Assembly: GCF_030144855.1 (NCBI RefSeq) | Contig: NC_082709.1 | Location: 38,130,001 to 38,194,000 of the forward strand | DNA: 64,000 bases | Origin: Hypanus sabinus | Taxonomy: Eukaryota | Direction: 5' to 3' | Shown: positions 12,585 to 25,530 of the stretch, in pieces | How positions within the stretch are numbered: the first letter of the stretch is position 1 | How the letters are laid out: every line of letters starts with the position of its first letter | Notes under the pieces: model-generated | Told to the model about the DNA's origin: nothing | Seen by the model: the letters and a program-made list of their open reading frames with translations, nothing else | Databases searched by the model: none | Program-made: the position numbers and the translations under genes

Positions 12585-12830
12585 AGGAATGCCGTCTTTC
12601 GGGTAAGATATTAAACCATGGCCCATCTGCTCTCACTTAGATTTTAAAAAAACTTCAAATACAAACAAAGAATTCCTCCAATCCTTGCCCTATCTAATTT
12701 CTGAACCGGTTTCAGCCTAAACACAGAATGTGGTCATTTATTTCATGCCGGCTTGTTGAAACTTGCAGTGCACAGGCTGGGAAATTCGCTTCCCACCTTG
12801 GTGAATGCACTTCAAGAAGTACTTCACAGG
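12585..12830 (+). mobile_element. Decayed Deu-domain SINE (SacSINE1/AmnSINE1-like)
   Basis: tgccgtctttcgggtaagatattaaacc..catctgctctc and downstream cacttcaagaagtacttca match the Deu-SINE consensus as I recall it. Confidence 0.6.
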
Positions 12831-13528
12831 TCGTCACATTACAGATCAATTCAAGGTGATATTGTAGTACAATTCTTCCCCCCACCCCCAAGAATTTCAC
12901 AAAAGTATGACCAAAATTATGACATTTCTCTTTAATTACGCAATGGAACTTCAGTTAAATTAACCCAAAACATTATTTCATGTTTTGATGTGAAATCCAA
13001 ATTACAGAACAATAACTTCTTCCCCGCCCCCCCAGTGAGGTATGGTTCAGAAGTGACAATTTTATTCAATCTAACCAGCCTAGCATTTAAATTGGAATGT
13101 ACAAACACAATGAAAAAAATCCTCTACTTACTTGCTTCAAAGTATCAAAGTATAAGTATCAAATTTGCTCTTAAAATTACTAATGGCATCAGCTTTACAC
13201 CTCCCTGGGGAGATATTTACAAACACATACCATCCTCGGCACATTTTAAATCATTATACCAGATCCATCCATCTTTTCCCCTTCATTTACATTCTAATCA
13301 TGCACAACATTGATGGAATAAAAAGTAAAATTAATCCTCCAGGCAAACAGGCCAATTGATTTTATGGATCAGAATTTCAATCCATCTCTGATCAGCTAGC
13401 CAAGCAAACCAGCATTTACTTCAACAGATTGAATTTATTAGTCCTTAACACCAGGAGTGCAATCAAAATATAGAAATTGAGCCAATACTTAGTCAAAATA
13501 TGCAAGTTTTCTTTTTAAAATGGAAACA

Positions 13529-13661
13529 CAAGAGACTGTGCATGCTGGAATCTGGAACAAGGCAGGGCTTCAGCCCAAGTCATTGACAACTTCTTCCCCA
13601 ACCCCCACCCCTACAGATGCTGCTTGACCCACTGAGTTCCCTCAGTGGTTTGTTTAACACT
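13529..13661. mobile_element. Short PLE terminal-repeat insertion with inversion
   Basis: caagagactgtgcatgctggaatctg plus opposed gatgctgcttgacccactgagttcc; flanked by caagttttct(tttt)taaaatg(g)aaaca direct repeats (13503-13528, 13662-13683). Confidence 0.6.
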
Positions 13662-13774
13662 CAAGTTTTCTTAAAATGAAACATTCAGGAAAGGAAGCCA
13701 GGGCTCAGTTTCCAAAGCTGCACAAGAGGAGGAGGATATGTAGGGGAATACATCAGTCCAGAAAATTATCAGCA

Positions 13775-14105
13775 GACAATGGTGCAGCTCAACGAGCAGC
13801 ATCCCCCAAATTTCCAGCAGTCAAGGTTACATCCTGAGCTCTGGTGCTGACTATATGGGATTTGCACACTGTCCCTGTAACCCTCTGGGCTTCTTCGAAG
13901 TACTCAGCTTTTCTCCCGCATATCAAGGACTTTCAGGATAGCATATTAACTGTAAATTACCGACGATGTGTAGCTGAGAGGCAAAATCTGTGGGGATTTC
14001 ATAGGGATGTGTGGATAATAAAATAGGACTATCGTAAATGAGTGCTTGATAATCAGAGTTAATTTTAATGCGCTGGGGGATCCATTTCTTTGTCCTATAA
14101 CTATA
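13775..14105 (+). mobile_element. Decayed V-domain SINE (HE1-like)
   Basis: tttgcacactgtccctgtaaccctctgggcttcttcgaagtactcagcttttctcccgcat resembles the V-SINE central domain. Confidence 0.55.
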
Positions 14106-14224
14106 AACCTAATAAATATAAACATCACAAATACCATCTAAGCACTTAAATTTAAACTAGTCAAACCTTTCAGCCATGCTGCAAGAACATAACTGATTGT
14201 CAGAAGCAGAGCCCGAGTCCACTG

Positions 14225-15075
14225 GTCCTTGTTAGCATTCATTGCAAGATGGCTGGAGTATACAAATGCAAGGATATAATGTTGAGGCTTTATAAGGTAT
14301 CGGTCAGACTGCACTTGGAATATGGTGAGCAGTATATTTATTTAGAGACAGGGCAAAATAAGCCCTTCTGGCCCTTTGAGCCACACTGCTCAGCAATTCA
14401 CTGATTTAACCCTAGTCTAATCATTGTACAATTTACTCTGACCAATTAACCTACTAACGGGATTGTTTTTGGACTCTGGGAGGACACCAGCGCACCCAGA
14501 GGAACCCCGTGCACACATAGGAAGGAACATACAAACTTGTTTACAGAGGAGCTGAAAGTGAACACCAACCTCCAGCATACCAAGCTGCAAGAAAGCCCCT
14601 TATCTAAGGAGGGATGAGCTGGCATTGGAGAGAGTCCAGGGAAGCTTCACAAAAATTATTTCAGAAATGAAAGGGTTAACATACGAGGATCATTTGTTGG
14701 TGCTTGTTGAAGGTTTGAAGAATGGGGGGGAAATCTCATTGAAACTTAAATATTGAAAGGTCTAGATGGAGTGGACATTCAGAGCATGGCTCCTACTGTA
14801 GGGGAGTCTAGGACCAGAGGTCATAGCCTCAGTACAAGGCTGTCCCTTGAAAACAGATAAGGAAGAATCTCTTTGGGCAGATGGTGGTGAATCTGTGGAT
14901 GGCTGTGAAGGTCAAGTCACTGGGTATATCTAAAGTGAAGGTTGATAGGTTTTTGATTCATAAGAACATCAAAGTTTATGGGGTGGAGTAGGATAATACC
15001 TCAGCCATGGAATGGGAGAGCAGACTCAATGGGCCAAATGGCCTAATTCTGTTCCCATCTCTTATGGTCTTTATC
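14225..15075 (+). mobile_element. CR1 LINE 3' fragment interrupted by a SINE
   Basis: gttgaggctttataagg..cacttggaatat..gccccttatctaagg..ggcctaattctgttcccatctcttatggtctt. Confidence 0.8.
14335..14590 (-). mobile_element. V-domain SINE nested in CR1
   Basis: Reverse complement of the V-domain (ggactctgggaggacaccagcgcacccagaggaaccc); CR1-like tail (gcccttctggccc). Confidence 0.7.
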
Positions 15076-15252
15076 CTCCATTACAAATCTTGGCACAACA
15101 GGCACAGCCAGTGCCTCACCCTTAAACTACTCTCTGGAAATGAACCACCACTGTCCTTTTGGTGAAGGCATTCCATTAATGCTGATAGAAACAAATTTCT
15201 AGGATTTAGATCCAGTACCAAAATAGTAACACCGATGCCAACATTTTCTTCC

Positions 15253-15565
15253 CAGATTAGATTAGCTTTATTTGCCACATGAACACTGAAACATTCAGTG
15301 AAGTGCATCATTTTTGTTAACTCAAATCCGCTAGGTGTGACCTGGGCAGCCTGGAAGTGTCACCACACTTCTGGATAATTACTAACTCTAACTATAGATC
15401 TTTTATGGAATCTGGGAGGAAACCTGAGCACCTGGAGGAAACTTATGCAGTCACAAGGAGAATGCACAAACTCCTCACAGAGAGAGGCCGGAATTGAACC
15501 CTGATCAGTCGTCACTGGCTGCAGCTGTAAAGTGATTGTGCTGACCACTATGCCTCTCTGCCCCA
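15253..15565 (-). mobile_element. tRNA-derived V-domain SINE with Pol III boxes
   Basis: On minus: A-box-like GGCATAGTGGTCAGC (15540-15554), B box GGTTCAATTCC (15490-15500), V-domain, tail aataaagctaatctaatc. Confidence 0.75.
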
Positions 15566-17500
15566 TTAGACAACGGGGCTGCAATCAGACAATATCAAGA
15601 TATTGTTGACAAAGAACCTGTGTGCAGTGATGTTCCCATGTACTGTATTATAGCACCTGATGATGGAGGTCATTGGCAAAGTTAGGTAAGTGACTTGAAT
15701 TTCTTGTAAAGGTGGTGCAGACAATAGCCATTGGAGCAGGAAGTGAACTTTTAGTGTGGTAAGTGGGATACCAGTCAAGATAATCCCTTTATCCAGCATG
15801 GTTTCCAGCTGACTGAGGGCTACAATCATCCAGGCAAGGGGAAAGGTTTGTAGTGTCAGAAGACGAGTGACTTCCTACATAATACTGAGCATCTGACTAA
15901 CCACTACGGTCACAGCATTTTTTTAGAAAAAAACACAGCTAGTCCAGTTGTTTTTCTAGACAGTGTCATCTCCCAGGATGTCATTTAACACCAAAGATAA
16001 GTGAGGAACCCTGATGCACAGTCTCAACCCATAATATTGACTATCCCTTTGCCTCCACAGATGCCCCCTGACCCACTGAGTTCCTCCAGCAGTTTGCTTT
16101 TTTTAGTTCATTTCTGACTATCTCATTCAACATCTCTGTAATGTTACACATTTATCAAGACATTTATTCTGAACAGCAGCATCTGCCACAGGTACAGTAG
16201 ATCATTGAGAATGAGATGCAGAATGTTAACCCTTTGTGTTGATTCACTCACTTCTGTCACAGTCCAATCTGGTGGGCTATATCCTCCTGAATAAAGAAAT
16301 TAGCCTCAACTGAAAAGGAGTTTTAACATCTGCAATACATTAAGCAAAAATGCATTGAAGAAATCAGTGAACATTACAAATTAACCAAGATCAAATCTGA
16401 AATGTTTAAAAATCTTCAATATATTATAACTTATTCCAATACATAGTATGTTGTATTAATACTGTATTAGAGGCTATTGATGCCTGTAAACAAATCTATT
16501 TGCCTAAGATTTGTACTTCCTCAGCAAGCAAAAAAAAAAAAATCCCAAGTGGATCAACTGTGTCATGACATAACTGGTAACAGTTCATTTTCACTTTAAT
16601 GAGTTAAGCTCTGCATTTATGAAAGACATCTGTAAAGCATTAAGTGTGTAATGCTTTTTCTGTTATTGGTACACGTACTCTTCCATCTGCCGTGCAATCA
16701 CTGGCCTTAAATTTTTTCTATATTTGCCCATGAAACAATTTGAGAAAAAGAACCTATGTGCTGAAGAAAAATAATTTATTGATATGCACCTTGTAAATAA
16801 GAGGGCAGGAGCTGTGCTTAAACTTGCACAGGATTTATTTTTTTTAAAGCACAACTGCTTGGCAATGAAAGAGGAGTGTAAAGATCTATAAAGCTTTCTC
16901 ATTATGCTTTCAATATGCTTTCCAGCTGAGGTTACGAACATGGCTGACGATTGTTTATACTTAGCCAGGTGAAAACGTACAGATTAGCCTCTGGTAACAA
17001 CACAAAATATCCGTATGTATTTTTCCAGATTGATACTTCCCCATGTGTCTGCAAACTAAACAGGACATGACCAGGTGGTGTACAATGTAATGGTGTATAT
17101 GTTTCTGTCAGTCCTCAAGTTCTCCCAGGGTCAACCCGATCACTATAAAGGGATGTCCATTTCCATGGAGATGAATAGCCCAAAATAGAAATCCGCAACA
17201 CCGTTAACTGCGTCCATTCTAAAGTAACAAATGAACCTATATTAGGAGAAAAGAGGAACTGGACCAGTGCTTATTCACTCAACTGTTGTGCATTCCACAT
17301 CCCATTAATTCCTCTTCTAAAAGGCTTTCAATGAACTATCACTTCAAAAATGTCACTCTTCTGCAGGGTTTCTGAGGTGATTAGGGTTTTGTTACTAGAG
17401 CATTAGGGAAGTTTCACATTTCAGAGGGGATTCACTATTCTCAAAAGTTCATATCTTAAGAATATAAACACAAGTACATGTACCAGATTCTGGGAACCCA

Positions 17501-18562
17501 AAGCAACATCCACACAAAATGCCAGTGGAACTCATCAGGTCAGGCAGCACCTATGGAAATGAATAAACAGTCGATGTTTTTCTTGTCACAAACAAGAGAA
17601 AATCTGCAGATGCTGCAAATCTGAGCAAATTGGACATGAAATGAAGGTGGAAGATAACAGAAGAAAAACATCAACACACAGAATACTGGAGGAACTCAGC
17701 AGGCCAGGCAGCATTTAGAAATAGAGTACAGTCGATGTTTTGGGCAGAAACCCTTCAGCAGGACTGGAGGAATAAAAAGCTGAGGAGTAGACTTAAAAGG
17801 TGGGAAGAGGGGAGAGAGAGAGAGAACTCACCTGTGAGTCTGATGGGTGCATGTACTGAGTTTGGTGCTCCTGTGCATCGGTGAGACCTGACATAGATTG
17901 GGAGACTGCTTCACAAGCACCAGAAAATGTGGGATCTCCCAGTGGCCAGCCATTTTAATTCCACTTCCCTTTCCCATTCTGATATGTCTATCCATGGCCT
18001 CCTCTACTGCTGTGGTGAGGCCACACTCAGGTTGGAGGAACAACACTTTATATATTTCTGTTTGGGTAGCCTCCAACCTGATGACATGAACATTAATTTC
18101 TTGAACTTCTGCTAATCTTCCCCAACCCCCCCCTTTTCCCTCTCTCACCTCATCTCCTTGCCCTCCAATCAGCTCCCTCTAGTGCTCCTCCCCCTTTACT
18201 TTCTTCTTCTCTCTTTCACCAATCAACTTCCCAGCTCTTTACTCCATCCTTTCCCTTCCAGATTTCACCTATCACCTTGAGTTTCTCTCTCCTGCCCCCA
18301 CCTTTTAAATCTACTCCTCAGCTTTTTCTCTCCAGTCCTGTTGAAGAGTTTCGGCCTGAAACATCGACTGTACTCTATTCCTAAATGCTGCCTGGCCTGC
18401 TGAGTTCCTCCAGCATTCTGTGTGTGTTGATGTTTTTCTTCTGTTATCTTCCACCTTCCTTTCATCTCCTCTGAGATGAAATGATCTCTGCCTGAAACGT
18501 TCACTGTTTATTCATTCTCATAGATGTTACCTGACCTGCTGAGCTTTGTGTGTGTGTTGCTC
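17501..18562. mobile_element. Nested PLE locus: GIY-YIG 3' part between two layers of inverted terminal repeats
   Basis: ORF 17927-18115 (VASHFNSTSLSHSDMSIHGLLYC..LEEQH); inner arms 17636-17831/18278-18465; outer arms 17501-17580/18488-18562. Confidence 0.85.
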
Positions 18563-18769
18563 TTGAGAACTACAGCTGTGTTTCTAATGTTGGCATATTC
18601 TTCATTATATTCTTCATTCTTGAATCCATTAATAACAAACCTGAATGGGTAAGTTTGTCATGATTCACAACGAAACTGATACAACCCAAGTTTAATTCAC
18701 ATTAGTCAGCACAAATGTTTACAAAGTAATGGATTAGAGAAATATTTATTTTACATTAAAAGCATTTTG

Positions 18770-19345
18770 GATCATTGGCAAACTATTTTCTTAGAAGTTT
18801 ACACAGATTTAGCGTGTCATCTAAAACTGACAACTTCAGTAGATGCAGCGTGGAGAGTACAATGACTGGTTGCTTCACAGTCTGGTATAAAAATACCAAT
18901 GCCCTTGAATGGAAGAATCTACCAAAAGTTGTGAATATGGCTGTCCATCACAGGTAAAGCCCTCCACACCACTGAGCACATTTACAAGGAGCATTGTTGC
19001 TGGAAAACTGCCATCAGGAAGGTGGTCAGGGGCCTCAAGTCCCACAACATCAGGTTCAGGAACAGTTATTACACCTCAACCATAAGGCTCTTGAACCAGA
19101 GGGGATAATTTCACTCTCCCCAACACCAATTGACTCCACAGTCTCTGGGCTCTCTCTTATGGGTTCTAACAGTGTTTTTGATGGTTATTGGTTTTTTTGT
19201 GTATTTGCAGTTGATTGATCATCTTCACCGTGTGCAGTTTTTAAAAATTGATTCTATCATTTCTTTGTAACTACTGTGAATGCCCACAGGAAAATGTATC
19301 TCAGGTTTGTATATGGTTACCAATATGTACTTTCATAATAAATTG
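18770..19345 (+). mobile_element. Rex1/Babar 3' fragment
   Basis: YFLRSLHRF..RCSVESTMTGCFTVWY; tail shared with 60300-60705. Confidence 0.7.
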
Positions 19346-19539
19346 AAATTAATTTATGAACATTTTATGAATTTACTTTGAAATTACAATTGTACAATTA
19401 CAGTAGGGTGGGCTGTATGACCAGCTAATACATTTTGCACAAAGGCTAAAGGTTGTGATTGCTACCAAAGAGCTTACAAAAATGCCTAAATCACATCTTG
19501 CTGCCAACCTCTGAGTGGCAAATCAGGTAATTGAGTATC

Positions 19540-19850
19540 TATGAGGCACAGGGGACTGAAGTTGCAGATCTGGAGCAACATCCAATTGGCTGGAGAAACT
19601 CAGCAGGTCAGGTGGCATCTATGGAAAAGAATAAACAGTCAATATTTTGGGCTGAAACCTTTCTTTAGGACTGAGAAGGGAGGGAGTAGATGCCTGAATA
19701 AAAACATGGCGGGAGGGGAAAGAGGCTAGATAGAAGGTAATAGATGAAGCCAGGTGGGTGGGAAAGGTCAAGGGCTGGAGGAAAAAGAATCAGATAGGAG
19801 AGGAGAGTGGACCATCGGAGAAAGAGCAGGAGGAGGAGGAGGAGACCCAG
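19540..19850 (-). mobile_element. PLE terminal repeat fragment
   Basis: gaaactcagcaggtcaggtggcatctatggaaa..cagtcaatattttgggctgaaacc plus purine-rich tract. Confidence 0.7.
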
Positions 19851-19999
19851 TAAGTATTAGCCAGGTGCAAAGTAGTAAAAGTAGGAAAATTGAGGAATCC
19901 AGCAGCCATTATTTTCAAATATTTTTACATTTAAAAAAAAGCAAATCATCAAAACATTAGTCTGCAAGCAACTTTACTCGTGTTTTGAAACTCTTGTTT

Positions 20000-20190
20000 T
20001 GAAGCTGGTGGAACTCAATGGGTCATGTGGCATCTGTAAAAGGAAAGAAATTGTTGATGTTTCTGGTTGAAACCCTGCATCTGGACAGTTAACAAATTTT
20101 TTTCTCCCGTCAATGGTGCATAACCCAATGAATTCCTCCAGCATATCATCTGCTCTCCAAATTCCAGCTTTTGCAGACTCTTGTGTCTCC
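20000..20190. mobile_element. Old inverted PLE terminal-repeat pair
   Basis: gctggtggaactcaatgggtca ... aacccaatgaattcctccagc in opposed orientation. Confidence 0.6.
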
Positions 20191-21326
20191 ATTGGCTCTT
20201 TTTTCCGTGGAAGATTCTCATTACAGCTCGCATATTTTCTAAATAGATCAAAGAACGACTGCTATAATAGCTGATATGTATTTGGCGCTTTTTTTTCAAA
20301 AAGTGATCTTTCGTGGACTGAAAGAATCAGACATGCCTGTTTTATACCCTCTCGTGAAGTAAAAACATTGCTGGAAAGCTGGACAAGCAGAAAACGCCTA
20401 TCCCTATGCATCGATGAAAAGGAATAAGTGAGCTACCATTTTGAACCAATGCCTGTCCTACAGGGATGGGAGCACTAAGCACTATGAGTTAGAGTTCCAG
20501 AGCTTTGATTCCAAAACCATGAAAGAATGGCAAAACAGCATCTATACAATCTTTACTCATGTTTCATAGCCACACTGGCTGAAGGTAATACAATATGGTT
20601 ACAAAACCATAAGGCCAAGCAGGAAGCAGGAGCACCGAGACAGACAGGATATATTTGGATTAATTTTTTGTCCAAGGAATAGATTTATTTTGTATACCAA
20701 ATAACTAGCTGCTGTATACTTAAAGTTTCTCTCAGTGTATGAATAGTTCCTCTCAATTGCTTGGGATTCAATTCCAGCCCACAAAAACCTAAAGTTAAAA
20801 AAAAAACAATTTTATTCCTCTCTGGAGTTCATAACACTTCATTGAAAGTATGCCACCTTATTTACCATGGACAATCAAATTTCAAAAACCTCCATTGGGA
20901 GATTATGATTGAAAACTTGATCTGGAATCCTGGCAAAACCAATGATTAATAATCAGTTGATCTTTCACATCAGCTTGCTTTTCATCTGCTCTAAAGTCTA
21001 AGAAAGGATATGCTGCTTTAAGCAAATCCATTTAGTGTGCTCACCACCAAATATAGTTCCACAGAAAAGCTGGGATGAAGCTCAAATCTTTCTGAATGTG
21101 AAACCAGCAACCTGAGCCACAGTTTCAAAAACTAACATGCCAGGTTTCACTGGCCCAGCCAGATATTAAGAAAGTACATGATTAAGTAACCCAATATTTA
21201 TTTTAGGAAGCTTTTCAAATTTCATATTTGGCAAAAAGGGAGCAGGAATTTCAACTACATCTTGTGGTACAAATGCCACACAAGAAACAACTGCCTCAAG
21301 AAGGCTGAAAACATGGCATCCAGACA

Positions 21327-21550
21327 TGAGGAAATCTGCAGATGCTGGAAATCCAAGCAACACACACAAAATGCTGGTGGAACGCAGCAGGTCATGCAGC
21401 ATCTATAGGGTGAAGTGCTGTCGCCGTTTCGGGCCGAGACCCTTCAACGAAGTCCTGACAAAGGGTCTTGGCCCGAAACGTCGACAGCGCTTCTCCCGAT
21501 AGATGCTGCCTGGCCTGCTGCGTTCCACCAGCATTTAGTGTGTGTGTTGC
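21327..21550. mobile_element. Palindromic PLE terminal-repeat pair with back-to-back hammerhead-like motifs
   Basis: Arms of about 90 bp (21356-21445, 21462-21551) are near reverse complements; perfect 13-bp TSD TGGCATCCAGACA (21314-21326, 21551-21563). Confidence 0.9.
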
Positions 21551-22069
21551 TGGCATCCAGACAGCTGTGTTTGTCCCTACTCCACTACAGGTCTCATGAA
21601 TAATGCTGGTTCCAGTGGCCCCCTCCCACTTCTTTGGCACCAACACTAACGTATCTTTGGTTAAGACACTGTCCAAAACTCTACTTAGCTGTATAACAGG
21701 CAGACTATGATAGGTGGTCTGGATTATTTACAGCCAAGCCAAGACACAGTTTCAGTTATTGGCCTCCTGGTGCATGTGGGTGTTGCTCGCCTTTGTTACA
21801 ATCCAAGACATTTCAAATTGGTTGAGGCCTATCCATTACATTTTCATTTTGATTCCATCCACACTCTCCAGAAGAACTGTTGTGGGTTCTGTTGTAAGAA
21901 GGTTAATTAGTTCAGTTACCTTTGTCAAGATTTTCTCCAGTGTTAGGAAACAACCAACTTCAATGCAGGTCTATCTATCTGCCCTTGCATTTTAATGTCT
22001 TTTCTCCTCACAGAGTCCCCAAATACTTAGTTATCAGTTGATCAAAACCAAACTGGATACATAGCAGTA

Positions 22070-22360
22070 ATAGAACATAGATCAGGCCTTACGGCCCACA
22101 ATGTTGTATCAACCTTTAATGTGCTCTACAGATCAATCTAACCCTACACTCCGACATAGCCTTCTAATTTTCTATCATAAGTCTATAAGAAGTTCTTAAA
22201 ATCCCTAATGTATCCATGTCTACCACTGCCCTGGTAAAGGTGTCCAAAACACTCACCATTCTTCGTGAAAAGAACTTCCCTGATATTCCTCCAATCACCT
22301 TAAAATTATGCCACCAGTATTAGCCATTTCCAGCCTTGAAATGTCTCTGGACATCCACTT
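22070..22360 (-). mobile_element. CR1 3' fragment
   Basis: tagaacatag..caggccttacggcccacaatgttg..cactcacc; reverse complement of the CR1 tail. Confidence 0.65.
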
Positions 22361-23229
22361 AATTGAGATTGACACTTCTCCGGTGAAGTGAATCACCTCA
22401 CACCGCTTTTATTAAGTATAAGAGCAATTTAATAAGAGCAAGTTAAAAGTCTGAGTATCCTCCAACAAAATGCTCCCCTTCAACTTCCCAAAGCTCATCC
22501 AAGTGAAAGGAGTGGAACATAACAGTTTCCATGCGCCTGAATGAGCACAACTGCAGCGACATCGAAGCACAACACTGTTCAGGGGAAAACTGTGTCAATC
22601 CACCAACTAAACATTCACTTCACACAGTGCAATGCATGCCAGCTACTAAATATACTGCAGCAACTTCTAACACACAGATTGACAAGAGCACTAATTTCCC
22701 ACTATGTTCCCTCATTACAAGGGCAATTAGGGATGGGCAATAAACACTGGCCTTATCCTGGAAGTGGATAAAAAGTAGCCCAAAATTGGAATTTTCAAAT
22801 TTTCACCAGATTCTAGTTATCCAATACAGATCAAGTTGGCAGTTAACTTCTCTTAATGCTTTATTACTATTAACAGCCATTATGAAAGGAAATAGCCACC
22901 AACCTTAACCTCACTGTGGGAAGCTAACAAGATTAGGCTTCACATTTTTTTTCTTTTACATGCAGCTCGTTTTACTCCATTGAAAACGAGTGTCTAAATT
23001 TGACCGAACTGTAAAATCTTCCACCCAATTCCACACGTTATCCAGCTCATGAGCTGGGGCTAAAGTTGATTTCAGATGTGAAAAAATTGTCTGAGATTAA
23101 TTTTAGCCCCAGAGAGTGTATACAGAGTTCCAGGTGTGAGGAAGCAATAATGTCCAGATAGATCATATACACAGTACAATGCATTGAAAATGCCAGCAAG
23201 TGGATTACTGACCACCAGTGCCAGAGATG

Positions 23230-23690
23230 GTTGAGGAGATTCAATATACAGCAAAATCAGATTCATCTTCACTGACAATAAATAAATTATGTTCATAGTC
23301 CACTCAGAAACGACGATGGAGGGGAAGAAACTGTTCCTAAATCATTGATATGGATCTTCAGGATCCTATACCTCCTCCTAGATGGTGATAGTCTTTAATG
23401 ATGAATTTCACCTTGGAGACACTACCTCTTGAAAATGTTCTCATTTGGCGGGGAGGCATGTGCCCATGATGGTACTCTCTGCAGCCTCTTGTGATCCTCT
23501 GCATTGGAGGATCCATACCACGCTATGATACGACCAGCAAGAATACGCCCCACTGTGCATCTATAGAAATTGATAAGAGCCTTTGGTGACATACCGAATC
23601 ATTGCAGACTTCTAATGAGCTTACTGTGCCTTTTTTCACAATTACATCAGTGTTTGGCCCAGGATAGGTCCTTTGAGACACTGGCAGCTT
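23230..23690 (-). mobile_element. Rex1/Babar 3' fragment
   Basis: ggaggggaagaaactgttcctaaatc..catctatagaaattg..tttggtgacatacc; parallels 6200-6640. Confidence 0.7.
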
Positions 23691-24829
23691 GTTTTAAATA
23701 AGATTTACCCAAGAATCCAGAACCCAAAAGCCAGGTTTAATTATTCATAGGCAAGAGTTCAAATCATACAATGGCTTGTAGGGAATTTAAAAATTCAGGT
23801 AACCAAATAGCTTGAATAAAAAGCTTGTAAAGATAACATGAAACCAGATTTCTGTAAAATACAGAACACATCTTGTTCACTGTGATTTACAGGCAAAGAA
23901 ACCTGATGACATTTCCTGTTCTGGTTGACATGCAAATCTAGACCACCAGCTTTTAACATCTCTTTTAACTAGCTCAGCGAGGTACTGTTCAAATGCAATT
24001 GACAATGAGGAATAAATTCCAGCCATGCCAGAGACTGACAGCCTACAAATGCAGAGAAAAAAACTTCCTCCACTTGCAGCATTTTAATGGAGAGATAACA
24101 AGTCTTGCTTAAAATATGAGAGTATATTAGTGCTACAATTTAGCAGAAACACAACTTCAGTTTGGTCTATTCCATAAAATGGCTTAATCCAAACATTCAG
24201 TGCCCATGCCTATTCCCAAAGTCCCAATTTATCTGTAGATGCTTCAATTGAAAAGGCATTTAAGAGTCTGCATGATCTAATAATATAATTGCTAGTTCAA
24301 TGTCTCGTTTCCATGGCAACTTTTGCAGAAACAAATATGACCTCTCAGTCATCCACAAAGGATGGGATTTTGTTCAACAATGTAGCATTAGCTCAACGTT
24401 TCCTGAAACAGTGAAACCACTGGCGTCTGGCCAATCAACACCTCTGGCTCAGAACTGTCATGCCAACTCTTCGTCTTTGTCTATCAAGGAGGATGATGAT
24501 TTGCTTCCAGTCTAGTTCTTTGGGTTCAGAGGTGATTGAGTAGACCCATAGGTGCCTGGTGAGATGGGCAGATAACTAGAGGTAGTGTGCTCCTTCTGGT
24601 GTTCATGTAGAGGTTCTGTGTGCTCCTGATACATGGATCCGTCCCAAATGCTTTGAGTTGTCATTGCCTATAGATTTCCAGAAGACAGTTGCACTCACCC
24701 CCGCCTACTGCCCTCAGCCCCAGAGAGATTTGAACATCTTTAAACATTGGCTCAATGTAAACCAACATCATTATTATTATTATTATTATTTCCTCCTGAG
24801 TTTTTTTAATGATTAAAACAATTATTTAG

Positions 24830-25530
24830 ATGTGGTGCTGGAAAGAGGGTAGTGAAGATTCACCAGGCTGTTGCCTACTTAGATGAATGTTACCCGAGGG
24901 GAAAAAAAATTAATGGTGTAGGCTCATTTTTCCTGATGCCAGTGAGGCAGAAGAGCGTTTTGACAGAGGTATACAAGTAATAAAACGTGGAATGGGGGTA
25001 TCATCAGAATCTTTTTTTCTTCATTTTAGAGGGCATCAAAAAGGGATATAGTGAGGAAGTAGTTTTAAGGTGAGAGTTAGGAATGTTAAAGGGGATCTGA
25101 GGGGAAGTTCTATTTCAAACAGAGTGTGAGTGAGTTCTGGATTGTACTTCCAGAGGAAGAGGTAAAATTCCACTTCCACATTTAACAGGCAGTAAAACAG
25201 ACATTCAGGATCACATCTGTGTGGCACTGAAACAGGTCTTCTAGCCCAGCTTGCCCATACCAACCAAGATGCCTGTCTACACTCATCCCATGTTCCTACA
25301 ATTGATCCATATTCCTTTCCTATTTGTGTACTTGTCCAAGTGTATTTGTATATACTGTGATTGTATCTACCTTTCCCATCTCTTTGGCAGTTTGTTCTGT
25401 ACACCCACCACTCTGTGAGAGAAGCTTATCCTTCTGATTAAATATGCAAGGCAGAGAAGAGAACATGTAAATATGGGATTAATGTCTTTAGACAAAATGA
25501 TTGGCTGAAGGGCCTGTTCTTTTTGTGTGT
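24830..25530 (+). mobile_element. Old CR1 3' fragment with an opposite-strand CR1 tail inserted (about 25215-25440)
   Basis: gaagattcaccaggctgttgcc..ggggatctgaggggaag..ggctgaagggcctgtt. Confidence 0.55.

Noticed and set aside
15490-15554. Possible tRNA gene
   Set aside because: The A/B boxes belong to a SINE head and no cloverleaf is evident.
16640-17230. CpG-retaining unique region with a 92-aa ORF and a minus-strand acceptor at 17218
   Set aside because: No frame gives a recognisable protein; it may be a conserved non-coding element but the sequence alone cannot show that.
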